Under the pieces are notes generated by a model. It searched no databases. It was not told the origin of the DNA and saw only the letters and a list, made by a program, of their open reading frames with translations. Positions 8,892 through 17,543 of a stretch of DNA of 64,000 bases are shown here, piece after piece. Numbering within the stretch: position 1 is the first letter of the stretch; the number at the start of each line of letters is the position of its first letter. The stretch is taken from assembly GCA_963977015.1 (NCBI GenBank), contig CAXBMO010000008.1, positions 32,001-96,000 of the forward strand, read 5' to 3'. The DNA comes from an uncultured bacterium. GTDB taxonomy: Bacteria; Verrucomicrobiota; Verrucomicrobiia; Verrucomicrobiales; DEV007. The position numbers were made by a program, and so were the translations under genes.

Positions 8892-9608
8892 TTATTCCTC
8901 GAGCTGCGCGAAAATCCCGGCTCCGGCCTTGGCGGAGATTCCCTGATTCCTGGCGTAGGCTTTTCCGGCCGCGATGCGATGATCGGCGAAACTTCCGCCG
9001 CGTCGCCAGGATTCGATGACGTCGTGGAGCAGGAAGGCTCCGGGATACATGAGTTGGCGGGTGGTGAGGATGGTGCGGCAGCCGGCGTTGCGAAGCCGGT
9101 CGCCAAAGTAGCGTTCGCTGAGGCAACTGAGAACGATGACGTCGGTTGGACTGCCGGGGTTGGCCCTGGGCGCCGGGAGCTGGAAATCCATGAGTCCGTT
9201 GTGGCCGATGAAGGCGACGAGGTCGTGGGTGCCGCTGGTGCTGGCGGCTTCGAAATCGAGGAGGCATTGTTTCATCTCGGAGCCGCGATAGGCGTCGGCG
9301 GTGATCTTCAGATCGGCGGCGACGTGGTGGAAGGTGAGGCGGCGCAGAATGGTCGGAGTGACGTCCTTCTCCGAGGCGGTTCTTTTCCAGTTCCTGCTGT
9401 TCTGAAAATAGAGGGCGAATCCATCGGAGCAGCCCCAGTAGAGATTGTTGTCCGGGTCGTTGCCATTCCCGATTCGGGCTCCGACAGGAATGATGCCCTG
9501 GGTTTCGTTATCGCAGAGCGCGACGAAGACGCGGATGGATCTGGGCTCGGCATGGACGGTGGCGAGGAAGCCGAAACTGAGAAGGCAGAGCGTGAGGAGC
9601 GCCTTCAT
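8892..9608 (-). CDS. Conserved secreted hypothetical protein (possible His/Cys peptidase fold)
   Basis: Signal peptide; FVALCDN, NNLYWG, FIGHNGLMD, VLSC motifs. Confidence 0.65.
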   Translation of the reverse strand: MKALLTLCLLSFGFLATVHAEPRSIRVFVALCDNETQGIIPVGARIGNGNDPDNNLYWGCSDGFALYFQNSRNWKRTASEKDVTPTILRRLTFHHVAADLKITADAYRGSEMKQCLLDFEAASTSGTHDLVAFIGHNGLMDFQLPAPRANPGSPTDVIVLSCLSERYFGDRLRNAGCRTILTTRQLMYPGAFLLHDVIESWRRGGSFADHRIAAGKAYARNQGISAKAGAGIFAQLEE

Positions 9609-10153
9609 TCGGCGGCGTCGGCTTTGGCCTTGATGGCGTCGGCGATTCTCCGAAAGGTGTTCTTCTCGACCTTCACTTTCTTGGTGTCCTTGTCGACGGT
9701 GAAGACTATGCCGGCCTGGACGTTGTCCTCTTTTTCGATGGGGGAGGGTGGAATGCCGAAGCGGTCGGCGTTGGGATCGGGATCGCGGGAGCCGTCGGTG
9801 TTGGACGAGGCGAGGCGTTCTTCCAGGTCATCGAGGGCGAGTTCGAGGCGGGAGATGGAGGCGACCGGAACGGCGTTGGGCGAGATGGAGGTGGCAACGG
9901 CTTCCCGCGGACGGGGACGGGTTTCGCCCGGTGAGGAGACCGTTGAGGCAGGTTGGTCAGTTTGCGAGGGCGGGCGGGCGTCGGGTTGGTCGTCAGACTG
10001 AACGCGAATCTTGTGAGGTGGATGAATCGTGACCGGCGTCTCGGGAGCGGCTGCGGTTGGCCGGGGGGGATTCCGGAGCTTCGCGGCAAAGAGGAGCACG
10101 ACGACCACGCCGATGGAAAGCAGGAGGAGTAAGCTGGATTTTCGAGGGCTCAC
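9605..10153 (-). CDS. Hypothetical membrane-anchored protein
   Basis: N-terminal TM helix and Pro-rich linker; 4-bp overlap with the downstream gene. Confidence 0.6.
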   Translation of the reverse strand: MSPRKSSLLLLLSIGVVVVLLFAAKLRNPPRPTAAAPETPVTIHPPHKIRVQSDDQPDARPPSQTDQPASTVSSPGETRPRPREAVATSISPNAVPVASISRLELALDDLEERLASSNTDGSRDPDPNADRFGIPPSPIEKEDNVQAGIVFTVDKDTKKVKVEKNTFRRIADAIKAKADAAE

Positions 10154-10192
10154 GATGGAATTCGACGAAAGTATCGCGAATTCTGCTCAAAC

Positions 10193-11965
10193 TCAATCCC
10201 CTTGCGAAACGGGCGCCTCAAACCAGGTCGTTTTGCTGTGCTGACGGAGGAGGCGCCAGAACTCAAGAATGGAGGTGGTCTTCGCCCCGTTTTTCACGTT
10301 GGCGGCGCCAATTTCGAAGGCGATGCGCCATTGTCGCGCGAGGTCGCGATAGGCTCGCAAGAGATTGAAGCCGGGTTGATAAATGTGGGTCGCCTCCGCG
10401 CTGACGCCGTTGAGCTCGAGCACCTTGAAATCGCGGCCTTCCTGGAGCGCCTCGATGCTGGGCACGCGCAGGTCGTAGCGGCCAAAGTAGAATCCGTCGA
10501 ATTGCCGGGTGAGGTCGTCGATGGCATCGAGCAATGGTTCGGTGAGGAGATCCCGCGCGTCGGTAAAGAGCGCGCCCCGGCAATGGGTGCCCACTTCGGT
10601 AAGCGTAACGTGCTCGCCGTCGTCCGGAATCCAGTCGATGCGGTCCTCGTGTTTTCGGAGGAAGAACTTGGCCATTCGCATTGCGCGTGGATCGTCGAGG
10701 ATCAGGCGCTCGAGATTGTGCTTACCATTGCCGGTCACGCTGGTCAGTTGCTTGCGGTTGATCGAGAAGATCTCGCCGCGTTCGGCGCCCGGCATGCGCC
10801 AGTAGAACACGCCGAACTCGAGGCCGTCGACGTATTCCTGGGCGATGAGGTCGCCCCGGCAATCGAGGAGAAAGCGTAACGCGGTGAGTTCGCCGCGAAC
10901 GATGCCGACGCCCTGGCCGCGTTCGCCAATGTCCGGTTTCAGGACGATCGGGTAACTCAGGTTCTCGGCTTCCATCCAGGTCGTGAGTTTCTCCAGTCGC
11001 CGGGCCGGTTCCTCGGCGGCGTGAATCAAGGTCCACCGCGCGATGCGGGGTTCCATGGCTTTCTCGCCCGCCAATCCCGTGAGAATCTGGCTTTTGGATT
11101 CGAGCGCCATGCCGCTGTGGGGAATCGCCGGGTTGGCAGCGGTGAAAACCGTCAACCCGCGATGCTTGATCCCGAGCCAGAGGATGTAGAGGACGACCGG
11201 CGGATAGAAGCGCCACATGGGCCAGAACTCCCATTCCGTAAATCGGCGCCATCGGCCGAGAAGCCGGCGCCTGCCTTTGTGGCTCAGCAAGGGGACGATG
11301 AATTCGATCGCCAACCAGGCCACGATGATGGCGCCGATCAGGGCAGGCCAGATGTACTTCTCATAACCGGACATCCATTCCTGCACAGCTTCGCCCCACT
11401 CTTTGGCCAACCAAACGATGACGGGCGTCCAGAGGCCTCCGGCGAGGGCGAGAAAGAGGCTGAACTTCCAAAGGGAATACCGAACCACCCCGGCGGCCAC
11501 GTAGGCTGGGACGCGGGTTCCCGGTAGGAACCGCGATGTGAAGAGGACCCAGCCTCCATGCTCATTGAAGAGGTGTTCGCCGCGTTTCAACCGCTTGGGC
11601 GAAAGCACCAATCGCAGGATCTTGAGTTTGCCGGCGCGTTCTCCGAGAAAGCGTCCGATGAGGTAAAGGCCGATGTCGCCGCCGAGGATGCCAATCCAAC
11701 ACCAGAAGACCGCTGCCGCGAAGGTGATGGTTCCCTCGCTGGCCAGGACTCCGGCAGTGACGCAGGTGAGGTCTTCGCTGGTGAGGGTGGCGAGGGCGAT
11801 GAGCGGACCAACGAGCCAGGGCGAAACCGATTCCACGTTGTCCAGTCCACCGGCGAGTTGGCTACAACCGGATAAGCCGAATGCGCCGAGCAAAAAAACC
11901 AAAGACCAGAGCAGGCGCTTGCTGAAGGGTCGCGGCCTGAGCCTGGCTGAGGAAGGAGGAGTCAT
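10193..11965 (-). CDS. DedA/VTT membrane domain fused to an ATP-grasp-like domain
   Basis: SED, GD..LY..GR, RFLPGTR (DedA); WEFWP, PIVLKPDIGERGQGV, QEYV, GRYD, VLELNG (ATP-grasp). Confidence 0.8.
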   Translation of the reverse strand: MTPPSSARLRPRPFSKRLLWSLVFLLGAFGLSGCSQLAGGLDNVESVSPWLVGPLIALATLTSEDLTCVTAGVLASEGTITFAAAVFWCWIGILGGDIGLYLIGRFLGERAGKLKILRLVLSPKRLKRGEHLFNEHGGWVLFTSRFLPGTRVPAYVAAGVVRYSLWKFSLFLALAGGLWTPVIVWLAKEWGEAVQEWMSGYEKYIWPALIGAIIVAWLAIEFIVPLLSHKGRRRLLGRWRRFTEWEFWPMWRFYPPVVLYILWLGIKHRGLTVFTAANPAIPHSGMALESKSQILTGLAGEKAMEPRIARWTLIHAAEEPARRLEKLTTWMEAENLSYPIVLKPDIGERGQGVGIVRGELTALRFLLDCRGDLIAQEYVDGLEFGVFYWRMPGAERGEIFSINRKQLTSVTGNGKHNLERLILDDPRAMRMAKFFLRKHEDRIDWIPDDGEHVTLTEVGTHCRGALFTDARDLLTEPLLDAIDDLTRQFDGFYFGRYDLRVPSIEALQEGRDFKVLELNGVSAEATHIYQPGFNLLRAYRDLARQWRIAFEIGAANVKNGAKTTSILEFWRLLRQHSKTTWFEAPVSQGD

Positions 11966-12720
11966 TCGGTTTCGGGATGGCTCCTGTTGAGGATGACGCT
12001 GGTGAGTTCGCTGTTGCCGAGGTGATCCATCGGCAGCGACTCATAGGTAAAGGTGACCGAGTCAGGGCGAACTGAGATTCGGCTGATGCTCCAGGTTTGC
12101 GCGTCCGGACGATTCATTTTGACGGTATGTGCGCTGGGATGCCCATCCTGATCATCGTGATGATAGGCGTTGAGAACCTCGGCAGTGGGATGGGCACGGG
12201 AGAGCATGTCGATGAGAAGGGTTTGACGTTCCGCCACGACTTCTTTTGTCAAAAAGGAGGACGAACATACCGGAATCTCGGGATTGTGGTCGGGGCCCGT
12301 CATTTGAATCCCGTCAAATTGCCAAAGCCACGCGCGAAATCGCGGCTGATGGGAAAACGCCATCAAGGTGAAGGCGCGATAGGTGGAGAGGTTCAGCTGA
12401 TGGAGAGCGTGATCCACTTCCTCCAACGTCGCGCAAGCCGCCAGATCGGTGACCAGGAGTCCTCGACTCCGGAACTTCCCGCGCACCTCCTCCGGCGCCT
12501 CTTTCTCGTAGTAATTGAGGATGGCGACCGTCAAGCCGGCTTGGTTCGCCAGGAGCCAGGTTCCGCCGGCATTGGCATCGGTCGCGGCGACAAAGGAAAG
12601 CCCATTCGAGGCTTCGTGAACCTGAGGGGGAAGGGCCGCGAGGCGAGTCTTGCGCTCATCGCGATTGAAGAAGACTTCGTAGCCTTCTTTCGCAGTATCC
12701 CACCATGTCAGGGTGCACAT
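11962..12720 (-). CDS. NRDE/TANGO2 family protein
   Basis: Starts MCT; FNRDE; GGTW; SRG. Overlaps the downstream gene by 4 bp. Confidence 0.9.
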   Translation of the reverse strand: MCTLTWWDTAKEGYEVFFNRDERKTRLAALPPQVHEASNGLSFVAATDANAGGTWLLANQAGLTVAILNYYEKEAPEEVRGKFRSRGLLVTDLAACATLEEVDHALHQLNLSTYRAFTLMAFSHQPRFRAWLWQFDGIQMTGPDHNPEIPVCSSSFLTKEVVAERQTLLIDMLSRAHPTAEVLNAYHHDDQDGHPSAHTVKMNRPDAQTWSISRISVRPDSVTFTYESLPMDHLGNSELTSVILNRSHPETE

Positions 12721-12821
12721 GGTGTGTTTGTTAGCATCTTTAAGACATCAAGCAAGCTGATCGCGGTTCCCTTGACGGAATTTGGCTTGCAAAGGCTGGG
12801 AAACCTTCATTACATCCTAAC

Positions 12822-13865
12822 ATGGCTGAGTACAAGGTAGCTTGTCCGCAATGTGGGCAATATGTTTCGGGCGACGAGACGTTTTTGGGAATCACCGTGC
12901 AATGTCCAATTTGCTCGACTCAATTTCAATTTCCGGAAAATCTGGCCCCATCGGAACCGGTTTCCCCGCCGGCAGGTCCGCCAGCAGCGGCGGCGGGAGG
13001 GGTTGCGGCAGCGGGGCCGGCGACCGATCCCGGCCAATATTTCAACGTTCCGACGCCATCAGGTCATGCGCCATCGACGGTGGTCGAGAGATCGAGTTCA
13101 CTGGCGACCTGGTCTCTGATTCTTGGGATTTTGGGATTGCTCTCTGTTGGGTGCACGTTTGGCGTTCCGAGCCTGCTTGCGGTCATCTTCGGAATCGTGG
13201 CGTTGGTCAAGATTTCGGGATCAGGTGGAATCCTGGTCGGAAAGGTGAAGGCGATCATCGGGACCGTGCTCGGCCTCGCGTCCCTGGCGATGGGAGTCTC
13301 GTTCCTCCTGATCGCGATCAATGCCGAGCCCATCGTGGAGACCGCTTTCGACAAGGCGGAGAGCAAGATTTCCTCCTCATCCGATGGAGAGATCGGGTTC
13401 GGCAATACCGAGGAAGCCGGGGCGATCGCGACAACGTTTGCGACGCGAATGAAGGCGATCCGCGAATTGGCGATCGACGGCAAAGACTCGACGGTCTCGT
13501 TGAGCGGCAACCAATTCCTCACCTTCTGTCAGCTGAACGAAGATTCTGCGGCGTTTCTCGTTCATGTCCCGGGCTTGCGGAACTACACCGAAGAAGCCAA
13601 GGAGTTCATTGCCGAGGCGGCGTGGAGCGTTGCGCAGGATCTCTTGATGGAGACTTCGTTGCCGGATGGCAGCCAGTTGGGAGTCGGGACGAAGGGCTTT
13701 TTGCTCTACGACCGGATTTTGGTCGGAAGCCACCTGAAGTCCTATCATGAGGACGATTCTGAAAAAACCGGCATCAAATTGGAGAACGGCGAGGAGGAAG
13801 ATCTGGAGTGGTTCTTTCCCCAGCCCGAGCCTGAGGAAGGAGCCGAAAGTAGCAGTCTTGAGTGA
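12822..13865 (+). CDS. Zinc-ribbon + DUF4190-like membrane protein
   Basis: CPQC...CPIC; SLILGILG...GIVALVKI...G..KAIIG hairpin; soluble C-terminal domain. Confidence 0.7.
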   Translation: MAEYKVACPQCGQYVSGDETFLGITVQCPICSTQFQFPENLAPSEPVSPPAGPPAAAAGGVAAAGPATDPGQYFNVPTPSGHAPSTVVERSSSLATWSLILGILGLLSVGCTFGVPSLLAVIFGIVALVKISGSGGILVGKVKAIIGTVLGLASLAMGVSFLLIAINAEPIVETAFDKAESKISSSSDGEIGFGNTEEAGAIATTFATRMKAIRELAIDGKDSTVSLSGNQFLTFCQLNEDSAAFLVHVPGLRNYTEEAKEFIAEAAWSVAQDLLMETSLPDGSQLGVGTKGFLLYDRILVGSHLKSYHEDDSEKTGIKLENGEEEDLEWFFPQPEPEEGAESSSLE

Positions 13866-14071
13866 GTTTGTAAGCTGTGTGTCAGGACAGGAGTCGAAGT
13901 GGTTGCCGGTAGGCGGATTGGAGAAACCCACTCTGATTCTCGATTAAGGCTCGTACGGAAATTCCCTATCCCGTCTACTCCTAACTACAAGCAGGATATC
14001 TGCAAAACTTCGCAATAGCGCAAGTGAAGCGAATTGAGGACTCTAACTACCCTACCTCCCAAGTCCGATTC

Positions 14072-14494
14072 ATGAAACCCCTCACTCAAGGCCGTCCCCT
14101 TTGCCACGTTCCGATTCGCATTAATCAGGAAGACATCGACAAGATGAATTATTGGCTCAACGAAGCCGGTGTCGCCAATCCTGCGTCTGAAAACGCCATC
14201 TGTTATGCCATTCAGCGCCTGGTGTTGCCGAAAACGAAAGTCCTTCTCAGGCAAAAATCTGGGAAGGTGAGGGTCGCCTTGGGACCAACGTCGATCGAGC
14301 TGCCCAGTGATCTGGCGTCCTGGTATCGGGAGGCGCTCATGGGTGCTGATGTCAGTCCCATTCGTGGATTCTTAACCCTGCCGCGGACACTGCTTTCCAG
14401 CGAGGCACGGAAGTTGGTGGCATCTTCCCAACCGGCAGCCGAACGGACGAAGCCAAAGGCACCGAAGCGTTCTTTGACCGTGGAAGCTGCCTGA
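14072..14494 (+). CDS. Hypothetical protein
   Basis: ORF fills the gap upstream of efp; ATG at 14072. Confidence 0.5.
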   Translation: MKPLTQGRPLCHVPIRINQEDIDKMNYWLNEAGVANPASENAICYAIQRLVLPKTKVLLRQKSGKVRVALGPTSIELPSDLASWYREALMGADVSPIRGFLTLPRTLLSSEARKLVASSQPAAERTKPKAPKRSLTVEAA

Positions 14495-14670
14495 ACGCCC
14501 ATTGGCGGGGTGATAGGGTGTTCTGATAAATTTTGTTATCAGCGTAAAATCGTGGAATTCTGGACATTCCCAATTTTAGCGGTTTCGGATCGCAAAAACC
14601 GGCGCAAGATGTCAGTCTTCAAAATTACGCGTTTACTTTTTATTTACTAACATTTAATTTACCTGAACAA

Positions 14671-15231
14671 ATGGCAATCGTCGCAACCAACCTCAAAAAA
14701 GGCCAATGCATCGACTACAAAGGCGAAAAAGGCATCGTCTTGAATCTGGAACACCGCACGCCAGGCAAGGGAAACGCCCTCATCATGGCGACGGTCCGTT
14801 CCTTTACGAGCGGCAAGACCAAGGACATTCGCTTCGCGTCCGGTGACAAGGTGGATCTCGTCAATGCCGACCGCCAGAAGTTGGAGTTCAACTACAACGA
14901 TCAGGAAGGCTATCACTTCATGGATCCGAACACCTATGAAATGGTGACCTTGGATGCGAGCTTGTTGGAAGGAAGCGAGTTGCTCCTCAAGGAAAACCTG
15001 GAATGTGAAGTTCTCTTTCTCGATGAGAACCCGGTCAGTGTGGAATTGCCATCCAACGTTGAACTCAAGGTGATCGAAGCTGCCGAAGGGTTGAAGGGCG
15101 ATACCGCCAACAATCCGACGAAACCGGCAAAGGTGGAAACCGGTCTCGAAATTCAGGTTCCTCTCTTCATCAAGGAAGGGGACATCCTGAAAATCAGCAC
15201 CGAAGACAAGAAATACGTCGGTCGAATCTGA
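14671..15231 (+). CDS. efp: Translation elongation factor P
   Basis: HRTPGKG loop, GDTA..PTKPA.VETG..IQVPLFI.EGD. Confidence 0.95.
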   Translation: MAIVATNLKKGQCIDYKGEKGIVLNLEHRTPGKGNALIMATVRSFTSGKTKDIRFASGDKVDLVNADRQKLEFNYNDQEGYHFMDPNTYEMVTLDASLLEGSELLLKENLECEVLFLDENPVSVELPSNVELKVIEAAEGLKGDTANNPTKPAKVETGLEIQVPLFIKEGDILKISTEDKKYVGRI

Positions 15232-15247
15232 CCGATGCCGAGCTGAG

Positions 15248-16012
15248 ATGCCCCGCCGAAAGCCTGCTGATTCCCAATCCTTGCACGCCTACGTGGATGG
15301 GGCCATCGCCCGGACCCGGCCCGGGCAAATCGAGTTCAATCCTCTGAACCTGCTCCTCGGGATCGTCTTGATCCCTCTGGTTTGGGTCACGCTCTCAACC
15401 GTTTGGCACGCCGTGGCGACGGTCACGGTGCAGCATTCCTTTTGGAAGACGCCCCAGTTCTGGTTCTTCCACATGGGGATCGCGCTTTGGACCCTCTTTT
15501 ACATCGGTTTCCGCGGTCCGTTCATGATGTTTGCCTACGTCTTTGGGCATGAATGGACCCACGCTTGTTTTGCGATCCTTTGCGGTGGGAAACTGCTCCG
15601 CAAACCGGTCATCACGCCGAGTGGCGGCGAAGTGGTCACGACGAAGAACAACCTGATCATCTCGCTATCGCCCTACTTTGTTCCCTTTTACTCCGTGTTG
15701 TTGGGAATCCTTTACCTGGTGTTGGGCGCGTTCTTCGAGCTTGGGACGGACTTTGAGCGATGGTTTTATGGATTGACCGGATTCAGCTGGGGTTTCCACA
15801 TCACCTTTACGTTTTGGATGCTGGTGCGCAGTCAGCCCGATCTTCATTACAACGGTCGATTCTTCTCCCTCACCTTCATTGCCCTCGTCAACGTCTTGAT
15901 TCTCGCGGCGCTATTCGTCATGGCATCTCCCACGGTAGGCTGGTTGGAATTCGGGCAGGTCTGGTGGGCCACGGTTCAGGATCTGGGGGCTCGCCTTTGG
16001 GTGTTTCGTTAG
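15248..16012 (+). CDS. Membrane zinc metalloprotease-like protein (M50B-like)
   Basis: HEWTH (HExxH) within a multi-TM protein; ISLSPYF; QPD. Confidence 0.7.
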   Translation: MPRRKPADSQSLHAYVDGAIARTRPGQIEFNPLNLLLGIVLIPLVWVTLSTVWHAVATVTVQHSFWKTPQFWFFHMGIALWTLFYIGFRGPFMMFAYVFGHEWTHACFAILCGGKLLRKPVITPSGGEVVTTKNNLIISLSPYFVPFYSVLLGILYLVLGAFFELGTDFERWFYGLTGFSWGFHITFTFWMLVRSQPDLHYNGRFFSLTFIALVNVLILAALFVMASPTVGWLEFGQVWWATVQDLGARLWVFR

Positions 16013-16085
16013 TCGATTCGGTTCGACTTTCAGTTGCGCACGGCGTGCACTGGGTAAGGCTTGCGCTGACTCTAACATTGTGTTC

Positions 16086-17507
16086 ATGCCTGTTCTTGCC
16101 CAGTCCACTTCGCCAGACGCATCGCCTACCGTGGCGCCGGAAACCACGGAGCCCTTGCTTCCGCCGGTCATCGAGTCGCTTCACGAACTCAAAGGCGTTC
16201 CCGGGAACATTGCGGACAAGCTGTGTGACCTCGGCTTCACGGAAAGCGTGATCGATCCACTGACCCGGGCGATTCTGGTCATCGGAATCGCGCTCGTTGC
16301 ATTGGCGGTCCACTTCGCCGCCCGCACCACCCTGACGCGGGGGTTCGTCTGGCTCATCAAGAAGTCCGAAATCACCTGGGACGACGCCTTTGTCCGAAGC
16401 CGCGCCCTGAAATGGCTCGCGCATCTGTTGCCGGCGCTGGTCGTGCTGATCCTGGGACAGATCCTCCTCACCGATCCGTTTCCCCAACTCGCTGCCTTCG
16501 TGCAATCCGCCGCCAAGCTCTACCTGATCGTGGTCGGCGTGCTCGTGATCAATGCGTTTCTGAACGGTCTCGGCTTGATCACGCGAAAGTCCAAAGTGGG
16601 GGACGACATCCCGCTGGATAGCCTCGTCCAGGTGTCGAAACTGTTGTTGTTCGTCACCGCGATTCTCGTCACCGTCGCGACCCTCACCGGGCGCGACATT
16701 CTCAAGATCCTCGCCGGAATGGGCGCGTTCGCCGCCGTCTTGATGCTCGTCTTCAAGGATGCCATTCTCGGGCTGGTCGCAGGGATTCAACTCGCCGCCA
16801 ACCGGATGATCCGCCCGGGCGATTGGATCGAGATGCCGAAGCATGGCGCCGATGGAAACGTCATCGCGGTGGGTCTCACCACCGTTAAAGTTCAAAACTG
16901 GGACAAGACCATTACGACGCTTCCGACCTATTCGCTGATCAGCGATTCCTTCAAGAACTGGCGCGGGATGGATGAATCGCGCGGACGGCGGATCAAGCGT
17001 TCGCTCTTCATCGACATGAACACGGTGAAACTCTGCAGTGAACCCATGTTGGAGCGCCTATCCCGCATCGAATACATCGAGGATTACATGGAGGAGAAGA
17101 ACCAGGAAATCGCGGAGTGGAACAAGACTCACGTGGTCGATCCTGACGATGTGGTGAATTCGCGGCGGCTTACGAATCTGGGAACGTTTCGTGCCTACAT
17201 CCTCGCCTACCTCAAGAATCACCCGGTCATCAATCAGGAGATGACGCTCTTGGTTCGTCAACTCGCGCCCGGCGAACATGGGTTGCCGATTGAAATCTAT
17301 TGTTTCAGCTCCGACAAACGCTGGGTGAACTACGAGGATGTTCAGAGCGATATCTTCGATCACCTCATCGCGATCGCCCCGGAATTCGATCTGCGGATTT
17401 TCCAGACCCCGAGCGGCGCGGATCTCCGGCAGCTGACGAATAACGTCCTGCCGACGACTCCGAAGCGAAAGGCCACGAAAAAGGCGGCGCGAACAACGGC
17501 CAAGTAA
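16086..17507 (+). CDS. Mechanosensitive channel, MscS family (YbdG/MscM-like)
   Basis: VFKDAILGLVAGIQL, GDWIEMPK.GADG, VKVQNWDKTITT, NWRGM.ES.GRRIKRS. Confidence 0.9.
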   Translation: MPVLAQSTSPDASPTVAPETTEPLLPPVIESLHELKGVPGNIADKLCDLGFTESVIDPLTRAILVIGIALVALAVHFAARTTLTRGFVWLIKKSEITWDDAFVRSRALKWLAHLLPALVVLILGQILLTDPFPQLAAFVQSAAKLYLIVVGVLVINAFLNGLGLITRKSKVGDDIPLDSLVQVSKLLLFVTAILVTVATLTGRDILKILAGMGAFAAVLMLVFKDAILGLVAGIQLAANRMIRPGDWIEMPKHGADGNVIAVGLTTVKVQNWDKTITTLPTYSLISDSFKNWRGMDESRGRRIKRSLFIDMNTVKLCSEPMLERLSRIEYIEDYMEEKNQEIAEWNKTHVVDPDDVVNSRRLTNLGTFRAYILAYLKNHPVINQEMTLLVRQLAPGEHGLPIEIYCFSSDKRWVNYEDVQSDIFDHLIAIAPEFDLRIFQTPSGADLRQLTNNVLPTTPKRKATKKAARTTAK

Positions 17508-17543
17508 GCTTGCGTTTGAAACCGGTGTTGCTTGAGTCTTGGG

